A stretch of DNA of 64,000 nucleotides. Source: Candidatus Poribacteria bacterium (GTDB lineage: Bacteria; Poribacteria; WGA-4E; PCPOR2b). Below, piece after piece: positions 26,050 through 35,448 of this stretch. The stretch's first letter is position 1. Each line of letters starts with the position of its first letter. The notes beneath the pieces were generated by a model. The model had not been told where the DNA came from. It made no database searches and saw only the letters and a program-made list of their open reading frames with translations. The stretch spans positions 2,304,001-2,368,000 of the forward strand of contig OZ244042.1 in NCBI GenBank assembly GCA_965215015.1, written 5' to 3'. The translations under genes and the position numbers were made by a program.

Positions 26050-26316
26050 GGGAATATTTCAAAATATTTTTTCTTTCACGATGATTTGCCCCCTTGCTGA
26101 GATGGTACGCCGAACGCTGCCTCGAACGGTGTAGACGACATACAAGGTGATGCCCTCAATCGTGCCCATCGCGACGCTTCATTTTTCGCCATAGTCCCGA
26201 CGATTATCAACTACTGTGCGCGTTGGACGTTCAAAGATACGTACCGCATCCCTACAATTGATGCCATGCTTTTCAATATTACGCTGGTTTTTAACCGAAT
26301 CCCATTCAAATTCCAT
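26050..26316 (-). pseudogene. brnT: BrnT toxin with an internal stop and a frameshift
   Basis: MEFEWDSVKNQRNIEKHGI...DYGEK, TGA at 26181-26179, then ...VVYTVRGSVRRTISAR and a frameshift into ANHRERKKY. Confidence 0.8.
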
Positions 26317-26432
26317 CACATAATATATATTCTGTACATACAAATGTCAAAAAAGATTGGCAACTCAGGGGGAACTCTACTTATTTAATTGGTTTTTGCT
26401 AAATTTTATGGTTGATGAAAGGGAGGTACAAA

Positions 26433-27294
26433 ATGGCGGAATCTTTACGGATACTCTCAATTGGAGCACATCCGGCGGATATTTTCGATCAATCCGGCCA
26501 CTATGGCACATCACGCGAGTCGGGGAGACTATGTCGGTTGTGTCGTATTGACCCATGGTGCCCGTGTGCATGACGCAGTGATCAGCGACTCAATGTTTCA
26601 TCGCGAGGAGGTGCCAGACGAATCTGACCTGCTCGCGTTGATGGAAGAACGCTCAGATGTTAAGGCGGAAGAGGTACGTAAGGGATGCCAGATTTTGGGT
26701 GTCGAAGATATCTACTTCTTCGGTGCAGATGACGCCGTGCTGCTGGTCACGGAGGAAACGGTGAAACGGCTCGCACGATTGTTGCGCGAGATACGTCCCG
26801 ACATTATCCTGACCCACTTTCCCAAAGAGGGAGATGGGCTAACCAACGCACACGCCATTGCGGGACAGATTGCGCTCCACGCCATTTCACATGCTGGCAG
26901 CGTCGATCCGGGCGATCGAAATACGCCCCACAAGGTAGCGCAGGTCTTTTTCTTTGGGGCCGGTGCGGCGGCTGTGCCGCGAAATGTATGGCAGTCTGAG
27001 GGCGGCTATTATAACGATGTGTTTATCGACATCACGGATGTAGCTGATAAAAAACTGGCGGCATTGGATTGTCTGGTGAGCCAAGGGTACGGGGGGACTT
27101 ATGCCCGCAAACGAATCGAAACCAGCGATGGGGCGTTTGGAAGCGCAGGCGGCTGCGCCTATGCGGAAGGGTTTATCTCATTAAATGCCGAGACACACTA
27201 CTACCTGCCCGTCACCGAACACGCGCTCAAAAATGCCCGCTCATCCGACCATGAGCGGATAGCGGAAAATTCCTATCGGATTGCAGTTGATTGA
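26433..27294 (+). CDS. PIG-L/LmbE family deacetylase with a frameshift near codon 22 (pseudogene or sequence error)
   Basis: RBS GGAGG, then ATG at 26433 gives MAESLRILSIGAHPADIFDQSG. Homology continues in another frame (TMAHHASRGD...LTHG...RPDIILTH...YAEGF). Confidence 0.75.
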
Positions 27295-27363
27295 CAGGTG
27301 TGGGGGCGGGTTTGCAATTCTCCCGCCCCTATTGTGCGGTTGAAGTGAGGATTTGGAAGTTCC

Positions 27364-28722
27364 TCAATAACCGCTTTCTCGTGTGGTTGATGCACACCAC
27401 CGTGATTTCATCAGGAAGCGCATCAAGATATCCCGCGCTGCTGTAGTTCCAATCTGGTGCAGTGTATGCGCGGCATTGGCGCGGACATACCGGTTCTCAT
27501 CCCTCAGCGCGACCTTCAAGGCAGGAAGTGCCTCCTCCGCTTTTGGACCAATTCGCGCTAACGCAAGCGAGGCATTTCGACGGACCCACTCATCTGCATC
27601 GTCCAGTAGCTGTACCAACGCGGAAACCGCTGTTGAGGAAGATTGTGCGACGATGCCCAACCCTTCCGCGGCAACTTTCCGAACCTCCGCCGCTTGGTCT
27701 TGCGTCGTTCGGATTAACGTGGGTACGGCTTCCTGAGCGGTGGATCCCATGTCTCCCAACGCGTCAACCGCAATTACGCGTAACCCTTCGTTTGCATCGT
27801 TCGCAGCTTCTATCAGTGCTGGTACAGCGGGGGCACCAATTACACTCAAGGCATAGCTGGCATTTCGACGCACCATCTCAGATTCATCGTGCAAGGTCTC
27901 AATCAGTGCCGGCACAGCGGAGGTGCCCACCGCACCCAGCGCATAGGCGGCGTTGAGACATGCCGATTCCGACTCACTTCGCAATAGGTTGATTAGTTCA
28001 GGGATAGAGCTGTCTTCTGAGGCACCTACCCCGTTCCTCGTTCCCAAATGCCATGCCCATAGGTGTTTCCACATCAACCTTTGTCCATCATCGCTATGCC
28101 CCCACTCCGCTCCTTCATTATTCCAAGAGGGGCCGTTAGGCTCCTCCATGCGCGTAAAGAGGAACTTCATCATATACCGATTTGTCTCGGTGTGGTTCGG
28201 CATAGCGCGATGCCAGAGGTCGTAATGGACGATGGTTATTGATCCTGCCTCCCCGGCAAGCGGTAGCTCTTCCTGCCCATTATCCGGTTGGCTGTTGTAG
28301 CACTGGCTCTGCGGCAGAATCCCCGTCGGTCCCCGTACTTCGGGGGTATCTTGCGGATAATAGAATGCCATCACCCAACGGGTCGGATGCCGTCGGCGCG
28401 TCCAACTGTCCTTGTGTAATCTCTGTCCACTGCTGCCCGGCGGGTTGTAATGACAGTGGCGGTGCGGATGCGTGTAATAATTTGGGCCTACAAGACCAGC
28501 CAGCGCCCCATCAACAACGGGATGGTCAAAGATTTCTTGAATATCCGGAATTCTGGGTATCAGGTTGTTCCCTGGGTTGCCTTCCTTCTCAAACACCGCT
28601 TCAGTCTGTTGGAAAATGGCTTCGTGAAAATCAGCGGGAAGGTCGGTTTTGATGTTGATATACCCGTTGACAATAAAGTGTTGCATCTGCTCGTCGTTGA
28701 GCAAATGTTTGCTATCAGCCAT
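27364..28722 (-). CDS. PhyH-family dioxygenase fused to C-terminal HEAT repeats
   Basis: LHKDS, YYPQD, HYDLWHRA, then repeated VPALIETL-x-D...VRRNASYAL units. Confidence 0.85.
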   Translation of the reverse strand: MADSKHLLNDEQMQHFIVNGYINIKTDLPADFHEAIFQQTEAVFEKEGNPGNNLIPRIPDIQEIFDHPVVDGALAGLVGPNYYTHPHRHCHYNPPGSSGQRLHKDSWTRRRHPTRWVMAFYYPQDTPEVRGPTGILPQSQCYNSQPDNGQEELPLAGEAGSITIVHYDLWHRAMPNHTETNRYMMKFLFTRMEEPNGPSWNNEGAEWGHSDDGQRLMWKHLWAWHLGTRNGVGASEDSSIPELINLLRSESESACLNAAYALGAVGTSAVPALIETLHDESEMVRRNASYALSVIGAPAVPALIEAANDANEGLRVIAVDALGDMGSTAQEAVPTLIRTTQDQAAEVRKVAAEGLGIVAQSSSTAVSALVQLLDDADEWVRRNASLALARIGPKAEEALPALKVALRDENRYVRANAAHTLHQIGTTAARDILMRFLMKSRWCASTTRESGY

Positions 28723-28757
28723 CTTGAAAAACTCCTTTCCAAGTGTATCGGAGAATC

Positions 28758-29759
28758 CTACCACCGAAATAGGTGAGGGCCAAAGTCTGCCCTGTAGTAT
28801 TGTCTGATTGCCTCACCGGGAGGGGCGACTTCATCGATTCGCGCCCGTTCTTCATCCGTCACCTGCACGTTGATTGCCCCTAGATTGTCTTCCAGTTGTT
28901 CCATCGTGCGGACGCCGACAATGGGACTGGTAATTCCCGGCTGCTGGGCACACCACGCTAACGCAAACTGACTTGGTGTACACCCCCTCTCCGCTGCAAT
29001 CGCCAAGACAACGTCTAAGACGTTGAACGCTGCATCTGAGAACAGATCCGTATTTTGGCTCTCATCTTGATAGCGTGCGTCCGCCGGACGCGCCTCGCCA
29101 CGTCGGTACTTCCCGGTGAGGAATCCACCTGCCATCGGCGACCACGGAATAAGGGCCGTTCCATACGTCAGTGCCATCGGGACCAACTCCCGCTCGATGC
29201 TCCGATCCAGCAGGTGATAGGGTGGCTGCTCGCAGATAAACCGATTGAGCCCCAGCTCTTTTGAAGCCCACAGGGATTCAACGACCTGCCACGCAGCGAA
29301 GGTGCTGCTGCCGATGTAGCGTACTTTGCCCGCCCGAATTAAATCGTCCAACGCCCGGAGCGTTTCATCAATCGGTATATCTGAGCAGGGGCGATGAATC
29401 TGGTAGAGGTCAATATAATCGGTTTGCAAGCGTTGCAGCGATGCCTCGCACTGCTCGATGATGTGACGACGGCTGTTGCCCTGTGCGTTTGGGTCTTCGT
29501 CGTCCATGCGGAAGTGGACTTTGGTCGCTAATACGATTCGCTCCCGTTTCCCATTCCGCTTGAACGCCTTCCCTACCATCTCCTCACTTCTGCCGCGGAC
29601 GTACATATTCGCGGTGTCAAAGAAATTGATGCCCCCCTCAATCGCTCGATCGATGATGTCCATAGAGTCAGACTCGTTTGTTCGACCGCCGAACATCAAG
29701 CACCCCAGACAGAGCGGGCTCACCTTTGTTCCTGTCCTACCAAGACTGCGATATTCCAT
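28758..29759 (-). CDS. Aldo/keto reductase
   Basis: GINFFDTANMY, ATKV, DYIDLYQIH, GKVRYIGSS, WSPMAGG. Confidence 0.92.
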   Translation of the reverse strand: MEYRSLGRTGTKVSPLCLGCLMFGGRTNESDSMDIIDRAIEGGINFFDTANMYVRGRSEEMVGKAFKRNGKRERIVLATKVHFRMDDEDPNAQGNSRRHIIEQCEASLQRLQTDYIDLYQIHRPCSDIPIDETLRALDDLIRAGKVRYIGSSTFAAWQVVESLWASKELGLNRFICEQPPYHLLDRSIERELVPMALTYGTALIPWSPMAGGFLTGKYRRGEARPADARYQDESQNTDLFSDAAFNVLDVVLAIAAERGCTPSQFALAWCAQQPGITSPIVGVRTMEQLEDNLGAINVQVTDEERARIDEVAPPGEAIRQYYRADFGPHLFRW

Positions 29760-29855
29760 CTGCGTCTCCTCCTCTTCTCTTAATCCCTAATTCGTCTTCC
29801 GCAGAAGGGCAGGTACAAGACCTACCCCTACTAAATCGGGTCAACTCCGAAAATC

Positions 29856-30629
29856 TTACGCTTCCGCAACCACCGGATTACGTAGGACACCGACGCCTGA
29901 AATCTCAATTTCAACGGTGTCACCGGGAGCGATGGGGCCCACGCCGGAGGGTGTACCGGTCATAATCACATCGCCGGGCAGAAGGGTCATCACCGCACTG
30001 ATGTAGGAAACCAGGTGAGCGACAGAAAACAGCAGATCGGAGGTGTTAGAATCCTGCTTCACTTCACCGTTCAACCGCGTTTTTATATCAAGGTTGGTCG
30101 GATCTAAATCGGTGGCAATCACAGGTCCGAGCGGACAGAAGGTGTCGAATCCCTTCCCAAGCAGCATACACCCCATCTCCATCTCAGCGAACTGGATAAC
30201 CCGCTCGCTGATATCGTTACCACAGGTGTAACCCAGCACATAGTCGAGGGCTTCTGTTTCCGAAACCCGTCGTGTCTGTTTGCCCATAACGACCGCCAAT
30301 TCACACTCGTAATGCACCTCTTTGCCTTGGTGGGGGTAGATAATCGGCTCCTCGGGACCGATAGCTGTCAGGGTCGGTTTCATGAAAAGCATTGGAAAGG
30401 CAGGAGGCTCTTTGCCTGCCTCGCGGGCGTGTAGGGCATAGTTCAACCCGACACCGATGATTCTAGGGGATTCGACCGGCGCGAGGACAGTTACCTGATC
30501 TATGTGTGTGACAGCACCACTCGTATCCAAACTGTCGAAAGGTGAACCAGCCAATTGGCGGATGCTCCCCTCATTCTCTAGAATACCGTGGCTTGCATCT
30601 CCATTACTGCGATACCGTAGGATTTTCAT
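29856..30629 (-). CDS. Fumarylacetoacetate hydrolase family protein
   Basis: GLNYALH, HYECELAVV, GYTCGNDIS, KGFDTFCPLGP, GDVIMTGTPSGV. Confidence 0.92.
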   Translation of the reverse strand: MKILRYRSNGDASHGILENEGSIRQLAGSPFDSLDTSGAVTHIDQVTVLAPVESPRIIGVGLNYALHAREAGKEPPAFPMLFMKPTLTAIGPEEPIIYPHQGKEVHYECELAVVMGKQTRRVSETEALDYVLGYTCGNDISERVIQFAEMEMGCMLLGKGFDTFCPLGPVIATDLDPTNLDIKTRLNGEVKQDSNTSDLLFSVAHLVSYISAVMTLLPGDVIMTGTPSGVGPIAPGDTVEIEISGVGVLRNPVVAEA

Positions 30630-30660
30630 GTTTTGTCTCTCCTTGTGGTGTTCAGAATAA

Positions 30661-31785
30661 TTACAACTGTGAGCGTGGAATATCCCCACCCGCTGCATAT
30701 TTCTCTACAGCTTCAGGATCCAACTCCAACCCCAAGCCCGGTTTGTTTGGGTCTGGCGACCACATGCCATCTTTGGGCTCCGACCATTCTTTGTAGACAA
30801 TCTTGTCGGATGCTTCAGCCATCCCAAGGTACTCCACCACTTTCAGGTTTGGCGTGGCACAGGTCAGGTGTAGGTGGATAAGTTGATAGGCGTGTGGTGC
30901 TACCGGGAGGTTGAAAGCGTGCGCTAAGTGAGCCACCTTCATCCACTCCGTGATTCCGCCTACTCGCCCGACATCCGGCTGAACGATGTCCGCTCCGCCG
31001 CGAGAGATGAGCTCTTTAAAACCGAACTTGGTATATTCATGCTCGCCGGTGGCGACGGGTATGTTGATTGCTTTGGCGATGGCTGCCAATCCTTCGATGT
31101 CGTCAGCTAACACAGGCTCTTCAAACCAACCGACGCGATATTCTTCAAAGGCTTTACCCATATAAATCGCCTGTTTGGCGTAATAGCCGTTGTTGGCATC
31201 GATATAGATTTCGATAGCGTCCCCAACCGCTTCGCGGACAGCGGCGAGTCGTTGGATATCTTCCCGCTCGCTTTTGCCGAAATCCTTGCCGACCTTCATT
31301 TTGATAGCTTTGAAACCACGTTCAACATAACCGGTCTGTTCCGCCACCAATTCCTCTAGGTTGAAGTTTGTCCAACCGCCGCTGCCGTAGACTGGGACAG
31401 AATCGGTGTAGGGCCCCAACAGCTGATAGAGCGGGACGTTAAAGTACTTTGCTTTCAAATCCCATAGCGCGATATCAACAGCGGACAGCGCGCAGAATGC
31501 GAGGCCTTTGCGACCTACCCCTCGGACGCACCAGAAGATATCGTCCCAAATCTTTTCGATGTTTAATGGGTCTTGACCCACCAACAACTCCTTGAAGGTA
31601 CCCTCTATGAGTGTCTGGCCCGCGCGGCCACCGCCCGACGGGCTCAACCCTTCGAGACCTGAATCGGTTATAATATGCACAAAGCACGCGGAACGCCCTC
31701 TGGCTACATGGCGGATGGTGGCGTCCTGAATCCCGCCGAGATCTGGCAAGGACAGCAACGTCGTTTTGACATCTGTTATTTTCAT
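30661..31785 (-). CDS. Mandelate racemase/muconate lactonizing enzyme family dehydratase
   Basis: SAVDIALWDL, KMKVG, DANN, FEEP, GEHE, QPD, PH. Confidence 0.9.
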   Translation of the reverse strand: MKITDVKTTLLSLPDLGGIQDATIRHVARGRSACFVHIITDSGLEGLSPSGGGRAGQTLIEGTFKELLVGQDPLNIEKIWDDIFWCVRGVGRKGLAFCALSAVDIALWDLKAKYFNVPLYQLLGPYTDSVPVYGSGGWTNFNLEELVAEQTGYVERGFKAIKMKVGKDFGKSEREDIQRLAAVREAVGDAIEIYIDANNGYYAKQAIYMGKAFEEYRVGWFEEPVLADDIEGLAAIAKAINIPVATGEHEYTKFGFKELISRGGADIVQPDVGRVGGITEWMKVAHLAHAFNLPVAPHAYQLIHLHLTCATPNLKVVEYLGMAEASDKIVYKEWSEPKDGMWSPDPNKPGLGLELDPEAVEKYAAGGDIPRSQL

Positions 31786-31830
31786 ATGAATTTCCTCTAT
31801 AATGTTTCGAGAACTAGGTTCTGTATCATT

Positions 31831-33069
31831 TCATCCTCTTTCGAGCACAATGCTTTCCCGTTCAATCCGTGCGAACATTTCTTGATACGCTGGTGTGCCA
31901 TCGTTGTCCCAATACTCCGTGGAGATGGGCGAGGCGTAGCTCATGGGGATGAGACGACTCCGGTCGGGCCGCACCATGAAGATGGAATTTTGGGGATCGG
32001 CGATGTTGTACATCTTCGTCCCGTTCTTAAACTGAGACTTGATGATCCACTTCTCCTGTTCCGGCAGTTTCAAGTTCTCCAGTCGCTCCAATTCGTCACG
32101 GTCAAGTGTGAGCCCCAGCCCCGGCTTTTCTGGCACCCGCAGAAAGCCATTAATCGGCTCCAACCGTTCCTTCACGACATCGTCTTTCCAAGTTTCGGTG
32201 TCGGCGAAAAAATGAAACGTCGCTGTTGGAAACGCAGCCATCATGTGCGTCGTCATCGCGCGCGTGATAGTGCCGCCAACGTTTTGGAGCATGAACGGAC
32301 TGTTGTCCGCGGCAAATAGTCCAGCACGGCGGATAGCATCTCCAATCCTGGAATGCCCCAGCATATAGGCGTCGGCGGGTTTCATTAACACCTCGTAGGT
32401 CGCGCCCATCGGGAAATGGTGCAGGACGACAGGCAGCCGGGAGCGTTTACGCAATTCGATATACCCCTCAATATCCTCTCCCGGTAGCGGATCCTCAAAG
32501 CATCCGGCGATAGGGTACTGTTCCAGTTTGGCAAGCAGTTCCGGCATGTGGTCGTCCGTGCCGTGCATGGTGAAGTCGTAATGGATCTTGAACCCCTCCG
32601 GCGCGACCCCCTGCATTGCCTCAGTTTGGTCGATGACGTTCTCAAAGGGTGAGAGATGATACTTCAGCCATGTGTAACCCTGCGCGGCGTACTGCTCCAC
32701 TGTCTCCGCCATGAGATGGGGATGCGTGGACACCGTCCAACTTCCCACCGGCACCCAAGAACGGTATTTCTGTCCAAATAGCTTATAAACAGGCACACCC
32801 GCATATTGTCCCATCAGGTCGTACATCGCAGTTCCCAAACCGAGGGAGATCTCGTCCCCCACCCAGTCAAAGGGATTGGTGCCGATGTATCCGTCGATCA
32901 GCTCCTGTGACTCCGTGCTCCCGCTCTCCCCCAATCCCACCAGTCCGTTGTCCGTATGCACGACATATACGGTGCGCGTGATGGGACCGTAGAAGTGGTT
33001 GAGTTGATACGCGATCCAGTCCACATATTCGAGAGTAATTGGGTGAACTTCGATTTCAGTAACTTTCAT
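31831..33069 (-). CDS. Enolase-superfamily (MR/MLE-like) protein
   Basis: VHTDNGLVGLGE, AMYDLMG, KYH, DF, FEDP, VPEKPGLG. Confidence 0.8.
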   Translation of the reverse strand: MKVTEIEVHPITLEYVDWIAYQLNHFYGPITRTVYVVHTDNGLVGLGESGSTESQELIDGYIGTNPFDWVGDEISLGLGTAMYDLMGQYAGVPVYKLFGQKYRSWVPVGSWTVSTHPHLMAETVEQYAAQGYTWLKYHLSPFENVIDQTEAMQGVAPEGFKIHYDFTMHGTDDHMPELLAKLEQYPIAGCFEDPLPGEDIEGYIELRKRSRLPVVLHHFPMGATYEVLMKPADAYMLGHSRIGDAIRRAGLFAADNSPFMLQNVGGTITRAMTTHMMAAFPTATFHFFADTETWKDDVVKERLEPINGFLRVPEKPGLGLTLDRDELERLENLKLPEQEKWIIKSQFKNGTKMYNIADPQNSIFMVRPDRSRLIPMSYASPISTEYWDNDGTPAYQEMFARIERESIVLERG

Positions 33070-33102
33070 GTTGTCCTCCGTCTTGCTACTTTGCTTCTTT
33101 TG

Positions 33103-34506
33103 TCAGTTTGGGGGAGGGACCGTTACATTAAGTACCGATTGAAGGATTCGCCGGTTTCCCTCTATAGCCAACCGCTTGACCGCATCCCACTCATCCAATC
33201 TGTGCTCTCCTATTGTCAACGGAAATACGCAGTTGTTGTGGAGCAGTGGATCTGAGTCCGGATCAAACCCATAAGTCTCGCTCGCTCGTTCCCATTCAAG
33301 GGTGCCGGGAATGGGCGTGAACTCCGCAAGTTTCGCCTGAACCCCCTGCGCGTGCACAAACTCGATGCTTTCGACCACCTCTTCCAAGGGTTGTCCGGGC
33401 AGTCCCATCAGCAGATAAACACCGATATCCTTGGCTGTAAATCCGGCGGCTTTCAATCGCTTAATCGCACGGGTGAAACCGTTGTTGGTGACTTTGGGAC
33501 CGGTCAATTTTTGCCGTATCACATCGCTAGTCTCCAAGCTGATCCGTATTGTTTTGAACCCGGTAGCGTACATCTTATGTGCAAGCTCGGCGTCAATCAC
33601 TTGGGCGTGCATCGAATTGGGTGTGTGGAAATAGAACTTCAACCTGCGTTCGAGGAGCTGATCTAAAATCTTGTGGAGGTGTTTCCGGGCGTTGAGCAGG
33701 AGCGCGTCATCATAGAACGCAAAGTTTTGTGTCCCGAATTCGTCATAGCACCACTGGAGCTCATCGACAACCTGCTTAGGATCGCGTTGCCGGAAGCCGG
33801 GACTGACTGAACGCACAGCGCAGTAGGAGCACGTCATCGGACAACCCCGCGCCGTCAGAACCGCTGCAAAGTCAAGTTTACGGATGAGGTCATGAGCGGG
33901 GAAGGGGTAATCGTTGATGTGAGTGGGGAGTTGGGAGCCATCCGATTGGTTTCCCGTCAACTGATCGACCAATCTCAGAGCAGAAAGTTCCCCTTCGCCT
34001 TTGACCACGAAATCCGCGCCCGATGTTTCCACCGCGTGTTTGTAACAGAGCGTCGCATACGTCCCGCCGAGCACCACCGGCACATCGGGATAGCGTCGCT
34101 TGACACGACGGATTACCTCGTGGGGGCCGGGATACCAGTAGGTCATCTTTGATGTCACTAACACCACATCTGGCTTTGGACGTTTATCCAATTCCGATTC
34201 AAAAATTTCCGGCGTGATACCGTACCGGCAGAAATGGCGGGGTATATCTTTGACAACCTCAGGACTCTCAACCGGCTCTCGATGATATTTCCCCGTGCCG
34301 TAGGCGTTGCCCTTCGGGGTGGTCAGCCCTTGCAGCTTGAGGAGGGCTGGACTGTAACGATCGAGGCAGTCGATAAAATCGAGTTGATAACCGTGTTGGC
34401 GGAAGATACTACCGATAGAGAGCAAGCCAATCGGCTCCACCCACAGGTTGAAGGCAGCAAAATCGTAGATCCACGGGTTGATAAGCAGCAAACGATTTTT
34501 TGACAT
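33103..34506 (-). CDS. B12-binding radical SAM protein
   Basis: N-terminal LLINPW / VVLGGTYAT cobalamin-binding region; RGCPMTCSYC cluster motif; FYDD; GLPGQ. Confidence 0.88.
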   Translation of the reverse strand: MSKNRLLLINPWIYDFAAFNLWVEPIGLLSIGSIFRQHGYQLDFIDCLDRYSPALLKLQGLTTPKGNAYGTGKYHREPVESPEVVKDIPRHFCRYGITPEIFESELDKRPKPDVVLVTSKMTYWYPGPHEVIRRVKRRYPDVPVVLGGTYATLCYKHAVETSGADFVVKGEGELSALRLVDQLTGNQSDGSQLPTHINDYPFPAHDLIRKLDFAAVLTARGCPMTCSYCAVRSVSPGFRQRDPKQVVDELQWCYDEFGTQNFAFYDDALLLNARKHLHKILDQLLERRLKFYFHTPNSMHAQVIDAELAHKMYATGFKTIRISLETSDVIRQKLTGPKVTNNGFTRAIKRLKAAGFTAKDIGVYLLMGLPGQPLEEVVESIEFVHAQGVQAKLAEFTPIPGTLEWERASETYGFDPDSDPLLHNNCVFPLTIGEHRLDEWDAVKRLAIEGNRRILQSVLNVTVPPPN

Positions 34507-34526
34507 GACAACCTTTCCTCTTGTTT

Positions 34527-35390
34527 TTAACTCGATACTTTATCTTGATCGTTGATGAGTTGCTTGAGTTTTTCAAGAGTTTCTGCATCTAAGTTGAGTC
34601 CTCGTAACCGTTCCTCAAGGGTCAGTCCGCGCATCCGTACTTCAGGAGGCATCTGCTCAAGTAGTTCGTCTTCATCTAAAAAAGAAATTAGATCTGGTCC
34701 GAAAGTTTTCGCAATACGCTCAAGTTGTTTTTCGTATAGACTTTGCTTGCCAGCCATTCTTAAGACCTCCTTTGTCAATTCAGGATTTGTACGAGAGGCA
34801 TAGTCAATGTACGTTACATTTTCTTCTTCAATCAGCCGAAGTATGAAGAGACGAAATTTCTCTTTTGAAGCCGCAAACAGAAGCAACGGATAATATTTCG
34901 ATTCGAGCGGAAGTTCATTACACACAAGCAGGTGAACAGGTAGGAGATCTGTGCTGACATAATGGCCAACGCCGATTTCTTCCCACCTCACATCATTTTG
35001 GTTCTGACGCAAGACTTTAATTGGTTTGCGAGCCGAGACAATCGTAACAGTCATTTCGGAGCTGGAGATTTGCCGCTCACCTAGATACAGGTGAGCGCGA
35101 CCGAGAATCAGGTGATAGTCGAAGATTGTCAATGAATCGCTTTTGCCTTTGAACTCGATTGAGTTATGAACGCGAAAAAGGTCGAAAGCGGTTCCGTGCC
35201 AAATCTTTTCCAAATTGCCGATTTGCTCGGCAACAACCAATACATCCATTGTGCGAGGAAGGCGGCTAATCTCAACCTGCGTCTGAATCGGGATGCCCAA
35301 TTCTCCAAAGCTAAATGTCAATACTTCCTTGAGAATTGGATCAATTTCATGTCGTTCAATAGTGGATTCGGTGTTGTCATCAGTAGGCAT
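34527..35390 (-). CDS. Hypothetical protein, possible PD-(D/E)XK/Rpn-like fold, with C-terminal (E)ERLRGL repeats
   Basis: RTMDVLVV...HNSIEFKG resembles a D...E-x-K core; tail EVRMRGLTLEERLRGL. Confidence 0.55.
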   Translation of the reverse strand: MPTDDNTESTIERHEIDPILKEVLTFSFGELGIPIQTQVEISRLPRTMDVLVVAEQIGNLEKIWHGTAFDLFRVHNSIEFKGKSDSLTIFDYHLILGRAHLYLGERQISSSEMTVTIVSARKPIKVLRQNQNDVRWEEIGVGHYVSTDLLPVHLLVCNELPLESKYYPLLLFAASKEKFRLFILRLIEEENVTYIDYASRTNPELTKEVLRMAGKQSLYEKQLERIAKTFGPDLISFLDEDELLEQMPPEVRMRGLTLEERLRGLNLDAETLEKLKQLINDQDKVSS

Positions 35391-35448
35391 TATACTTTCT
35401 TGCCTTCACTCTCTGCTGGTGCGACAATAATGTTTTCGACTCTAATTC

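Noticed and set aside
26179-26181. TGA recoding (selenocysteine or alternative code) in brnT
   Set aside because: The gene also has a frameshift, and TGA is used as a normal stop in many genes here.
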